Shown here one piece after another: positions 24,390 to 36,409 of a DNA stretch of 62,000 nt. Within the stretch, counting starts at the first letter, position 1. Each line of letters begins with the position of its first letter. The notes beneath the pieces were generated by a model. It had not been told where the DNA came from. It did not search any database and saw nothing but the letters and a program-made list of their open reading frames with translations. The DNA is taken from contig NC_057728.1 of the NCBI RefSeq assembly GCF_004010195.1, positions 52,949,723 to 53,011,722 of the forward strand. Reading direction: 5' to 3'. The position numbers and the translations under genes were made by a program. The DNA comes from Chiloscyllium plagiosum. Lineage: Eukaryota.

Positions 24390-26570
24390 TAACAGAATTT
24401 TTATAGTGCGGAAGGCGGCTTTTTGGCCCACATGCCTGCATTGACTCTATTATCTGGTATCAATCTCCTGCCTTTCCCCCACATCCTTGCACACCATTAG
24501 TATCCAAAAAAAATAATCCAACAGCTATTTGACTGTCTAATTAGCTGTTAAACTTTGCTGAAGTATCTACTTCTGCCACCTTGACCACCAGTGCACTGTG
24601 CAAATAACTTGCATCGCACATCTCTCTTAAACTTGCATTGCACATCTCCCTTAAACATGTCTCCCTCACCTTAAACAAATCCCTATGAGTTTGACATTTC
24701 CACCCAGGGGAAAAAAACTCTGACTATTCACTCTAACCATACCTCTCATAATTTTATATACTCCCATCATTTCGTCCCTCAGCTTCTGACATTCTAGTTA
24801 AAACAGTCCAACTGTGTCCACCTCTCCTGAGAGCAAATACACTCCACCTCAAGCAACATGCTCATAAATCTTTTTTGCACCCTTTCCAAACCCTCCACAT
24901 CCTTCCTACAGTGTGGCAACTAGAATTGCATACAATTATTTGGATAGATACATGAACACGAAAGGTTCGAAGGGATATAGGCCAGGAGCAGGCAGGGAAG
25001 GCTAGTTTAGTTTGAGATTATGTTTGGCATTGACTGGTTGGACTGAAGGGTCTGTTTCCATGAATCTATAATACTCCAAATATGGCCTAACTAAATACAG
25101 CTGCAACATGATTTGCCAACTTTTATACTCAATGCCTGCACCGAAGCATGCCATACACCTTCTTTTCAACCTTATTCACTTACTTTGCCACTTTCAGGGA
25201 GCTTTGGACTTGCACCTCAAGATTCCTCTCTATATCAATACTTTCCTCTTGCATTTAACCTCCCAAAATTCATCACCTTCCTAAAATGGTTAGCTCAATC
25301 GGCTAGACGTTTGGCTCCCAATGCAGAGTGACACCAACAGTGCAGCTTCATTGCTGTACTGGCTGAAGTCACCGAGATCTGTCTGTTCATCAATACTCCT
25401 AAGGTCTTGCCATTAACTGCATACTTTCCTCTTGCATTTGATATCCTTTATACTTGGCTGGATTAAGCTCCATCTGCCATTTCTTGGCCCAATTTTCCAA
25501 TTGATTTTTATCCTGCTATATCCTTTGATAACCTTCCTCACTATCCATGACTCTACCAATTTTTATGCTGTCTGCAAACTTACTAATCAGACCACCTACA
25601 CTTTCATGCAAGCCATTCATATATATTACAAACAACATTGGGCACAGCACTGATCCCTGCGGAACACCACTGGTTATAAACATCCAGTCAGAAAAACAAC
25701 TCTCCACAACTATCCTCTGTCTCTTACAACCAAGCCATTTTGTATACAATTTGAAAATTTACCATAAATCACGTGACTTAATCTTCTGGACCAGACTAAC
25801 ATGAGGCACCATGTCAAATGCTTTAGCAAAGTGCAGGTTGACACCATCCACTGCCCTACCCTCATCAATTCATCGTTTCCTGAAAAATCCCAATCAAGTT
25901 TTTTGAGAGAAGGCCTTCCCCATACAAAACCATGCTGACTATCCCTAATAAGTCCCCATCTAAGTCCCTGGCACTTAGGGTGTACCAGTCAATGTTGGGA
26001 AAGTTAAAATCACCCATTACAAAATCCTGTTTGTTCTTGCATCTTTCATTGATCTGCCTACACCTGTCTAGAGGGGAGATGATGACCTAGTGGCACTATC
26101 GCTGGACTGTTAATCCAGAGACTAGATAATGTTCTAAGAACCCGGGTTTGAATCCCATAATGGCAAATGGTGGAATTTGAATTCAATTTTTAAAAATCTG
26201 GAATTAAGAGTCTAATGAAGACCATGAATCCATTGTCAATTCTATTTGACCTGAAACCTCTAAACCATGGAACATGGAACTGCGATTCCTGCCTTTCTCT
26301 CAATTAAATTTCTGTAATAGCTACCACATCATGGTCCCATGTACTAATCCAGGCTCTATTTTCATCTGTTTTATCTATTATATGCCTTACATTAATGTAA
26401 ATACACTACAAACTGCCAGCCCCACTGTGTTCATTTACGTGACCCTGTTTGATCCTCCTATTAGACTTATTGACTTAATGTTGACCTTCGCCTCAATCAC
26501 TCCACATGCTGACGTACTGCTCCATTTCCCATCCTCTTTCCACAGTAGTTAAACCTTCCCAAGTGGTACA
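24390..26570 (-). mobile_element. Mosaic of old CR1 fragments with nested SINE and CR1 pieces
   Basis: SGVPQGSVLCPMLFVIYMN..SKFAD (25516-25749). A plus-strand CR1 tail lies at about 24940-25070 and a SINE head at about 26070-26240. Confidence 0.75.
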
Positions 26571-26757
26571 CGCTCAAATTCTTCAATCTATTCTCTTAGC
26601 TGAAATTTTTCGTACCTGGAATCTTTCTAGGAAGTGACTTCTGCACTCTTTCCAATGCATTTGCATTTTTCCTTTAATGTAGCACACACAACTATGCTAG
26701 ATGAGGTCTAGCATGAGTCTCGTACAAGTTCAACATCACCTCCTTTCTCCTGTTTTG

Positions 26758-27105
26758 GGGAAGCAATGGCCTACTGGTATTATTATTAGACTATTAATCC
26801 AGAAACTCTGAGGACTTGGGTTCGAAACCCGCCGTTCGCAGATGGTGAAATTTGAATTCAGTGAAGAATCTGGAATTAAAGGTCTAATGTTGACCATGAA
26901 ACCATTGTTGACTGCCAGGAAAAACCCATCCGGAATCACTACTGTCCTATAGGGAAGGAAATCTGTCATCCTTACCTAGTCTGGCCTACATGTGACTCCA
27001 GACCCAATGTGGTTGATTCTCAAATGTCCTCTCGACAATTAGGGACGGGCAATAAATTCTGGCCCATCGAGAGATGTCCACATCCCATGAATCTATATTA
27101 AAAAA
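26758..27105 (+). mobile_element. tRNA-derived SINE, near complete
   Basis: TGGCCTACTGG A-box and GGTTCGAAACCC B-box. The tail CAATTAGGGACGGGCAATAAA..CACATCCCATGAAT plus A-rich end is also seen at about 41490-41560 and 58670-58745. Confidence 0.75.
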
Positions 27106-27894
27106 TACTCTATGTTCCTATTAATAAAACTGTGAATACTGTATGCTTTATTTACTGCTCTCTCTACCTGCCCTGCTACTTTCAATGATCTGCATTAGAA
27201 TGATGTATATAAAAACATAAGTAGAGACCATGTGACAATGTGGAAGACCTTCTAAGCAGCCTGTTTCAGCACCCAAATTTCTCAAACATGACCTTGGCTT
27301 ATCTAAGGAGGCAGGAGGCCTAAGTCTGCCTAGGTCTCTTAGAAACAAAAATATGAGCGATACGGGAGCAGGTGATGTGTTCACACTGGTAAAATTGGGA
27401 ACAACCCTGGCTCACATTTCCTGAACCTGTGATGAAAGTCCAGCCCTTTGTGTTTGGTTTATCTCTGAAAACTGATGCATTGTGATCATGTCTCAGGGCT
27501 TCCTGTGTTTAAACAATTTGGACTTAATTAGTTTCATAGGGGAGGAGTGGCTGAAGAAAGAGCAGGTGTCTTAGTTGAAATATTTGATAGCATAGACCAG
27601 GTAGCAAAGACACAATCTTCTGGCCTGTTGTACATTATCTTACCAATCGATTTTTCATGAACTTAGAAGAATACTCTGTACTGTAATTAAAATTATTGTT
27701 TCCATTCTGTAATAGTGCCTTTTGTCCCAAGGTAGCTGCTTGGAATGCTGGCAAAGACTTAATCACCAAAATATATTTTGTCCAATTACTGACATCAGTG
27801 GAACAATTATTCTTACTATCATTTTCTGTTTTAACACAGAATAAGAATTAACCTAGCAGGTTCCTAAAAGTCAGTTTGAAGAACTGTGTGCTCA

Positions 27895-28138
27895 TCATGA
27901 GGGGTGACAGATATAGGACAGAGGTCAGAGGTATTTTCTTTACTCAGAGAGTCACGGGGGCATGGAATGCACTGCTTGCAACAGTTGTAGACTTGACAAC
28001 TTTAGGGTATTTAAATGGTCATTGGAGAGGCAGATGGATGAGAATGGGATAGTGTGGGTTAGATGGGCTTCAAATTGGTTTCACAGGGTGGCGCAACATC
28101 GAGGGCCGCTTACTGCACTGTAATGTTCTATGTTCTAT
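27895..28138 (+). mobile_element. CR1 3' end fragment
   Basis: WNAL..FK..L motif remnant and ATGTTCTATGTTCTAT tail. Confidence 0.75.
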
Positions 28139-29684
28139 AATAAAACCAAAAATTATTTCCATGAACCGATTATTTACTTTAATATTATAAGTAAAAGTAA
28201 TGAAAGAGCTTGGAATATAAATAAATAATTACAGAAGGTTGAAAAGCAACTGTACACTATAATAGCTAATATGAAGAACGTAACAAGCATGGCCACGATT
28301 CACAATATCTTTAATTCTAGACACAAATACATAGAAACAGGTCATTCAGCCCAACTAATCTACACCAGTGTAATTTATCTTTTTTTTTCAATCTTTCACG
28401 GAATTTCAAAATCACCCTTGTTATCTTTCCCTAAATGCCCTCTGAACTGTGTGACTGCTAGTCCATATAAGAAGCTATTTAAAAGTCAACCACAATGTTG
28501 TGGGTCTGGAGTCATAGGCAGACAGAGTATGATTAACAGATTTCCTTTCCTAAGGATGTTTGTTGACACAGATGGGTACAATTGATGGTAGTTTCATGGA
28601 AATGATTTACTGAATTATGAATTACGAATCAATTCAAGAATTATTCATTGAACTTAAATTCCACCTGGGGTTGTGGTGTGATTTGAACTCTTGTCCCCTG
28701 AGTATTTTTCTTGGCCTCAGGATTACAACTCCAGCAATGTTACCACAACTCCACTGCCTACCCCTAGTAAATCATTCTTTTCTTCCTGTTTTGCTTCTCT
28801 CGATTGCAATTCTATGTAGTTATGCTAGATACCGGAATTATTCCTTCTGGCAATTTCCTCATTCTGGCCTCACTGAGTAAAGATGTTTCTTTTGATTTCT
28901 TTATTGTCCATTCTGAACTATAGAGTAATAGAAACAAAAGCAGGACATGTTGCCCCTCGGCCTGTTCCACTGTTCAGTAAGATCATCCTCAGCCAAGTCT
29001 TACCACATTATCACTCGGTTCTCTTATTATTCAGAAATCTATTGCTCTCTGATTTGAATAGACTCAACAACACCCACAGCCTATGCAGTCGAACATTCCA
29101 CATTCTCGATTGAAGAAATTTCTCCTAACCTCATTCCTAAATGACCTCTTCTTCTAATCCTTAGTTCTAGAATCCCCTGCCAGAGGAATCATCCTAATTT
29201 CTGCTTTATAACACCTCTTAAGAACTTTAAAATGCGACTGATATCCCCTTTCATTCTTGAAAACTCTAGGGCACATAAGCTTAGCATTCTCAATCTCTTG
29301 TCATAGGACTGGAATCCCAGGAATTAGTCTGATGAACCTTTGCTGCACTCTCTCTAAGTGGCTGTGCTATATTTATGGCCACAACCATTTTCAAACTTTT
29401 GAGATTGGTATAGCTCCTCACTTCTGATATCATCCTTATAAGTCCTTTGCGCACCTATTCCAGTGCTTCTATGTCCTATTTATAATTTTTTTGACTCTAC
29501 CCAAGATTCACCATAGGTTCAACATAAATTGTCCTTTTTCAATTCTAAAAACGAACCTTTGTGGATTTTATATTGTTATTATGCTGTGTGGCTCTTTTTG
29601 TGATTTATGTGTTGTAGTGTTTGGCTTCTAGTTATTCTCATAGAACAGTTACATACAAGAGGCCATTTGGCTCTTTGAACCCAT

Positions 29685-29848
29685 TCTGGATTAGTGGTGC
29701 TGGAAGAGCACAGCAGTTCAGGCAGCATGCAAGGAGCAGCAAAAGCCCTTCGATTTCGCTGCTCCTTGGATGCTGCCTGAACTGCTGTGCTCTTCCAGTA
29801 CCACTAATCCAGAATCTGATTTCCAGCATCTGCAGTCATTGTTTTTAC
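29685..29848 (+). mobile_element. Palindromic mini-PLE (family A variant), hammerhead core largely deleted
   Basis: About 58-bp inverted arms (29683-29740 / 29758-29815) and a 33-nt tail. 14-bp TSD CTCTTTGAACCCAT at 29671-29684 and 29849-29862. Confidence 0.85.
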
Positions 29849-29909
29849 CTCTTTGAACCCATGCCAGTTCTCTGCAGGAACATTTTAGCTTGTCCCACCC
29901 CATCATTCT

Positions 29910-31925
29910 AGATGAAAGAATACAATTAGACCATTCAGCCCAATGAGTCTGCTCCACCCTTCAATGAGTTGATGGCTGATTTGATCACTCTCAACTCCAC
30001 TCTCCTGCCTTTTCTCCATAACCCTTGATTGTCTTACCATTTAAGAATCTGTTTGTCTCAGCCTTGAATATACTTAACAACTCATTCTCTACACTCTTCT
30101 GCAGTAAAGATTTCACAGATTAACTGCCACCTGAGAGGAAACAAATCCTCATCCCTGTTTTAAATGGGCAATTCCTCACTCTAACATTATGCTGTCCGGT
30201 CCTAGACTCTCCTAGAAGGGGAAGAAGTCTTCCTTGCATCTACCCTGTTAAGTCCTGTAAGAATCTTGTATGTTTTAATAAATCTCCTCTCTTTCTTCAA
30301 AACGTGAATGTGTACAGGCCCAATTTACTCAATCTCTCCTCATAAGACAGTCCCACCACCTGGGATCAGCCTAGTGAACTTTCTCGGAACTGCATCCAAT
30401 GCCACTATAGTTTCCTTAGACAAAAAGACCAAAGCTAGTGTTCTAGGTCATAGAGTCAGACAGTATTATATCATAGAAAAAGACCCTTCGGTACAATTCA
30501 TTCATGCCGATCGGATATCATAAACTGAACTAATCCCATTTGCCAGCATTTGGCACATATCTCTCTAAATCCTTCCTATTCATGTACGCATCTAGATGCT
30601 TCTTAAATGTTGTAATTGTACCAGCCTCCAACACTTTCCCTGGCAGCTCATTCCATACATGCACCACCCTCTGTGTGAAAAAGTTGCCCCTTAGGTCCCT
30701 TTTAAATCTTTCCCTTCTCACCCTAAACCTATGCCCTCTAGTTCTGGACTCCCCCACCCCAGGGAAGAGATCTTGTCCATGCCCCTCATGATTTTATAAA
30801 CCTCCAAGAGATCACCCCATGGCCTCCAATGCTCCAGGGAAAAATGCCCCAGCCTTTGAGCCTCACCCTAGAGCTGAAACACTCCAATCCCAGCAACATC
30901 CTTGTAAATCTTTTCTGAACCCTTTCAAGTCTAACAACATCTTCCCTATAGCGGGGAGACCAGAATTGAATGCAGTATTATAAAAGCCTGTACAACATGA
31001 TGTTCTTAATTCCTAGATTCAATGCACTGAACTCAATGAAAGCAAGTGTGCCTTCTTCACCACCCTGCCTACCTGCAATTCCACTTTAAAGGAATTATGC
31101 ATCTGCAACCCTTGGTTTGCAATATTCCCCATGGCCCTACCATTAACTGTATAATTCTTGCCCTGATTTGCCTTACCAAAATGCAACATCTCACATTTAC
31201 CTAAATCAAACCCCATCTGCTGCACCTTGGCCCACTGGCCCATCAGATCAAGGTCTCGTTGTACTCTGAGATAAACTTCTTCACTGTCCACTACACCACT
31301 ACCTTGGTGACATCTGCAAACTTACTAACCATGCCTCCTGGAATCACATTCAAAACAGTTTTACAAATGACAAAAAGCAGTGGACCCAGCACCAAACCTA
31401 TGAGCACACCGCTGATCACAAGCCTCCAGTCTGAGAAACAACCCTCTACCACCACTCTCTGTCTTCTACCTTCAAGCCAATTTTGTATCCAATGGCTTGT
31501 TGTCTGACAAGTGCCTTGTATACAGGAGGGTGTTATTGTATACTGTAATTGTAGAATATTCAATTCCTTTTTGCAAACGACTGTTGAATCTGCTGTCACT
31601 GCCTCCACAGACAAAGCTTTCCAGCTCCCAATCAGTTTCTGGATAAGTTTTGTTCATGTTATTGTTAGTTCTTTAGTCAATTACCTTAAATTGGTCCTGC
31701 CCTTTCTATCAGAAAAATAATTTCCCTTTATTGCTCCTGCTTAACCTTTGATTAAAATGCTCATGATTTTGGACACTTCTATCAACTCACTACATTCTCT
31801 TCTCTGAAGACAGCAGCCCAAGTCTTTACCATCTATCTCAATAAGTGAAATACCTCATCCCTGAAACCAATGTCATCAATCTTCTTACAAACTTTCTAAT
31901 GGCTTCATATTCTTCCTGAAGTGTA
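29910..31925 (-). mobile_element. Three adjacent CR1 3' fragments (younger HER1-like copy at about 30448-31495)
   Basis: Minus ORFs 30530-30757, 31019-31291 and 31291-31614 are CR1 RT and C-terminus. Confidence 0.88.
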
Positions 31926-31926
31926 C

Positions 31927-33432
31927 TGTCCTACCTTGTTCTCTGCTTTGTCCCTGCCTGCCCTGACTGTTTGACTCCTTTCTTTTCTCAACTGTACCAG
32001 TCTCAGATTGACCTCTTTCCTCACTATCTCCCTGGGTCCCACCCCCCACTTTAATAGTTTAAATCCTCCTGAGCAACTCTAGCAAATCTCCCTGCCAGTA
32101 TTTTAGTCCCTTTCCAATTCAAGTGCAATCCGTCCTTCTTGTACAGGTCACTTCTACCCCAGGAGAGATTCCAGTGATTTAAAAATGTGAATCCTTCTCC
32201 CATACACCAGCTCCTCAGCCACAAATTCATCTGCTCTATCCTCCTATTCCTACCTTCACAAGCTCGCAGCGCCAGGGTTATCCACGTATTACTACTTTCG
32301 AGGATCTCCTTTTTAAATTCCTGCCTAACTCTCTACATTCTCCCTTCAGGATCTCATCCTTTTCCCTTCCTGTGTCATTGGTTCCAATGTGTACAATGAC
32401 CTCCAGCTGGTCCCTCTCCCCCTTGAGAACATTCTGCACCCTCTCTGAGACACGCTTGATCCTGGCACAAGGGAATCAACATACCATTCTGATTATTCAC
32501 TGATAGCCACAGAAATGTCTGTCTGTGCCTCGGACTAGAGAGTTCCCCTAACACAACTGATCTCCTGGAACCCGACGTACCCCTCATTGCATTAGAGCCA
32601 GTCTCAATACTAGAAACTTGGCTGTTCGTGCTACATTTCCCTGAGAATTCATCACCCTTACATCTTCCAAAACAGCATACTTGTTTGATGGGGGATAGCC
32701 ACAGAAGGCTCCTGCACTACCTCTCTTACAGTCACTTTGATGAATTAACTCCAAGAAAGGTATCTGCAACTTTTCTCCCTTCCTATAATTACCATCCATC
32801 ACACTCCCTTGCTCTTGTAAATTCCTCATTGCCATTAACTGTCTCTCCAACTGATCCATTCAATATGATAGGATTGATATGATAGGATATGATAGGAGCC
32901 CTTCCTGAAGAAGGGCTCATGCCCGAGGCGTCGATTCTCCCGCTGCTTGGATGCTGCCTGACCTGCTACGCTTTTCCAGCAACACATTTTCAGCTCAAAT
33001 ATGATAGGATTCAGATATAATCCTCAGTAACTCGTAAACTCTCCCTCAACTCCCACATCTGACAAGAAGAGCATATCGCTCTACTAAAGGCCATTTTTGC
33101 TTCTTTCAATCTACAGGCCCAGAAAATAGCACTGTCTTATTCCTCTACAAAACACTGCTCCAGGCTAACTTAATACTCACGGCTTATATTTTTAAGTTTA
33201 ATCAAGAGTAATAAATCAAGAAAGAACCCACTCTACTCACTACTGTCGACTTACTGTCAGGCCACATTTAAAAATATTCACTGATCTGTTTCTGTGCTGT
33301 GATCTCTCTCAAACAGGTTCCTTCAAGATTAGTTGCGAATTTCACTGTTTGGTAATTTTCCTAGACGCACTCCGAGTCCAGTGATACATGAATTAAACCT
33401 GCAAATGTAGTAACTGCACAGGTTCACTGCCG
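31927..33432 (-). mobile_element. CR1 5' UTR and ORF1 only (3'-truncated copy)
   Basis: Reverse complement aligns to about 5680-7065 (MDQLERQL..SNKYAVLE); ends just before ORF2. Confidence 0.88.
32898..32997 (+). mobile_element. Short PLE family-A insertion within CR1 ORF1
   Basis: CTGAAGA 32905-32911 with GAAA mutated to GAGG. TSD AATATGATAGGATT at 32862-32875 and 32998-33011. Confidence 0.85.
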
Positions 33433-33454
33433 TGTAAGGGAGCAGTGCATTAAT

Positions 33455-34205
33455 CTCCACTCAGAGAGGCAAGGATTAATCAAGGATAGTTAACACGGGT
33501 TTGTAAGAGTGAGATCATGTCAAACACATTTGATTGATTTTTTTTCAGGAGGTGACTAGGTGTATAGATTCATTGCTGTAGTCAACACATGGACCTCAGT
33601 AGAACTTTTGACAAGATCTCATTGGCAGACTAGTTAAGAAGCTAACGCCTCATAGGATCCTGGGGAATTTAGCACACTGGAACAAAAATTGGCTTATTGG
33701 CAGAAAGCAGAGGGTAATGGTCAAAGTGCCACTGGTTTGGTACTGTGTACATTAATGATCTAGACATGAATGTATGATCAGTAAGTTTGTAGAAAATAGG
33801 TGGTATGATAAATTGTGAGAAGGAATGCCTTAGATTACATAAAGATATAGTCGGACTAATCAGATGGGCTGATGAGCGGCAAATGGAATTTAATCCTGAA
33901 AAGTGTGAGTTGACGCATTAGAGGGACCTTGGTGTGCATATCTATAGATCCTTGAATGTAGCAGGACAGGTAGTAAGAATGTATGTGGCAACTTGTCTTT
34001 GTGAGTCAAGGCATTGAACACAACAGTAAGTGGGTTAGTTAAAAAATATTAGTTAAGTCACAGTAGGAGAATGGTGTTCTGATTGCCACACTATAGGAAG
34101 GATTTAATGCTTCAAAAAAGTGAAAATAAGATTCACCAGGGATATTGCCTGGGCCGAAGCAATTCAGCTATGAAGACAGAACAAATAGGCTGGGGTGGTT
34201 TTCTG
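33455..34205 (+). mobile_element. Highly degraded CR1 RT fragment
   Basis: Remnants of SQHGF, FDK.SH, W..NWL and WQMEFNPEKCE motifs. Confidence 0.7.
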
Positions 34206-34207
34206 TA

Positions 34208-34560
34208 GGGTGGCACAGTAGCCCAATGGTTACCACTGCTGCTTCACAGCATCAGGGACCCAGGTTTGATTCCACCTTTGGGCGACTGTGTGCAGTTTGC
34301 ACATTCTCCCTGTGTCTTTGTGGGTTGCCTCTGGGTGCTCTGGTTTCCTCCCACAGTCCAAACATATGCAGGTTAGGTGGACTGACCATGCTAAATTGCC
34401 CATAGTGTCCAGGGATGTGCAAACTAAGTAGATTACCAATGGGAAATGCAAGGTAATAGTGTTAGGATGGGGAATGGGACTGGGTGCTGTATTGTTCGGA
34501 AGGTTGGTGTGGACTCAATGGCCAAATGACCTGCTTCCATGCTGTAGGGATTCTATGATT
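34208..34560 (+). mobile_element. HE1-like SINE
   Basis: GGGTGGCACAGTAG..TGGTTACCACTGCTGC head and TGTAGGGATTCTATGATTC tail. Confidence 0.8.
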
Positions 34561-34674
34561 CTTGTGGGAAGATTTGGATACAATTGTCTGAAGGTACCCT
34601 TTTTGTACTGTTAAAACTCTGACGTTGAGAAGTGTTATGAACGCACCTCCAGGGTAAGTGGAACTTCAACCCAA

Positions 34675-34990
34675 ATAAAGGCAAAATATTGTGGATGCTG
34701 AAAATCTGAAAAAAATTGCTGGAAAAATTCAGCAGATCTAGCAGCATCTGTGAACAGACAGAGTTAATGGTTCAAGTCAAGTATGATTCTTCTTCAGAGG
34801 TAACATTGTTGGAAAATGGTTTTTGTTTACCTTGCAAGAGGTGGAAAAGGTGAAAAGGCAGCAAAAGGTGTAGATGCCCAGTACAAAATGCAGACGCATT
34901 GCTAACAGTGGGGAAAGAGAAAAAGAGATGTAAAATGTGTGGAAATCAAGGTGTGAAAGGAAGAGAATATGTCCTCACCACAGAAAGCAA
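34675..34990 (-). mobile_element. Old PLE pseudo-LTR remnant (family C)
   Basis: Similar to 44231-44472; the minus strand has CUGAAGA (34791-34797) followed by a degenerate GAAAC. Confidence 0.55.
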
Positions 34991-35359
34991 ACAGGAGGAA
35001 CTGGACCTACTAGTCCAGAGATAGGGACACTACCACTTTGTCAGATACCTTTACATTTAGATTCTTAAGGACCGATTTAATACAAAACCTATTATTGTGT
35101 AAATCTCCACACAGAGAATTAGTTCAAAGATGTTGTTACACACCTCTGGGGTAGGTAGGGTTTGAACTAATACCTCCTGGCCCAGAGACAGGGATATTAC
35201 CACGATAGCAGAAATCTTAAACTTACAGTGAGACTATTAAACAGTTGATTTGATTAATGAAGCTGGTGATTGCGTGGAATTTCAGACACAAACATTAACC
35301 AACACATCCCAAACCGCTCCACGTTACCATCAATACCGCAGGAACCACGCGACCTCCAG

Positions 35360-35600
35360 TCGCACCAATCCACAGCCGCCGGCTTGGGAATTACGTCACC
35401 CAGATCGCTCCCGGTGGTGACATCACCCAACATCCTGTCCAGCCCCTCGATGTCCTGACGTCACTTCCCGCCTGCCCCTGCCTTAAATAGCAGCTCCGTG
35501 CACTAGTCCATCCTGTTTGGTGGCAGACCCACACTGTGTGGATCATGTCACAGAAGTGTGACCCTCAGCTACAGCGCTGATTCATCGCACGTATAAAGAT
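35360..35600 (+). promoter_or_regulatory. BTG1 proximal promoter
   Basis: CCAAT 35365-35369; CRE-like TTACGTCA 35391-35398 and TGACATCA 35418-35425; perfect CRE TGACGTCA 35456-35463 abutting ETS CTTCC; TATA/CArG-like CCTTAAATAG 35481-35490; TATAAAG 35592-35598. Confidence 0.75.
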
Positions 35601-35816
35601 TTACATTATTTCGCCACATACAGCACCCAAAAAGCGAAACTTTTACTTTCCTTCCCTTTGGCTTTTTTTCTTTTTCCCCCCCAACCCACCGCTACAAAAA
35701 AAATTCCAAAGAGGGAGTTGCTGGTACGACAGAGAGGAGAGCGAGGAAAATAAAATCAGAAATAAATTTTGATCGAAAATTTAAAAAAAAACTTCCGAGG
35801 GGAAACATTTCCTCCA

Positions 35817-35961
35817 ATGTACGTTTTGGGTACCTGGGCCGAGATGAAGCCAGAGATCAGCGCAGCGGTGGGATTTATTTGTAAGCTCCTCCAGACAAAG
35901 GCGACAGTGGACGAGCGGCAGTTACAGACTTTCTGTCAGTCCCTGCAGGAGCTGCTGGCGG
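35817..35961 (+). CDS. BTG1: BTG anti-proliferation factor 1, coding exon 1
   Basis: MYVLGTWAEMKPEISAAVGFICKLLQTKATVDERQLQTFCQSLQELLA; ERQLQTF.QSLQELLA matches BTG1 rather than BTG2. Phase-1 donor G|GTAAGT at 35962. Confidence 0.93.
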
Positions 35962-36409
35962 GTAAGTGGCGACGGCCTCCGGGCTCCTCTTAAACCGCTT
36001 CTCTTCCCTTCCACCCCCCCCCCCCAATCGAACAAAAAAAATGGAACGTTGGCCCGGGAGCTCGCGCCGCTTTCCAACCGTCCCCCCTCCATTGTCCCGG
36101 TGCGCGAGCGCACGCGGCAGCTTCAGGCGCTGCTTCCTCCCTCGGGTGTAAACTCCTTTTGTCGATCTTGCATCAACCGCCACCCCGTCACGGTATCTGT
36201 TTTCTTCTTTTGCAATACGCACTCGATGCAAAATGCCCTTTTGGATGGGTTTAACCGCATTTAAAACAAACTTGTTAGAGAGAGCGCTTCAACGAATTGT
36301 GAACTCTAAAAGTTTTGGATCCCCCCACCCCATTCTCTTATTTCTTCATGGATTCATCTGACACTGTGCTTTTATTTTTGTTTTTTTTATACTTCCTTGC
36401 TTCCAACAG
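35962..36409 (+). other. BTG1: BTG1 intron (448 nt, GT-AG)
   Basis: GTAAGT donor, branch-like CTGAC 36358-36362, polypyrimidine tract and CAG acceptor; the splice restores the GAG (Glu) codon. Confidence 0.93.

Noticed and set aside
32905..32935. Active hammerhead at 32905 (also 2056, 11705, 43135)
   Set aside because: Core mutated (GAAA>GAGG or AAAA, or CUGAUGA partly deleted); counted only as decayed copies.
35769..35816. N-terminal extension from a TTG start in the ORF track
   Set aside because: Non-ATG start in an A-rich 5' UTR; homology to BTG1 begins at ATG 35817.
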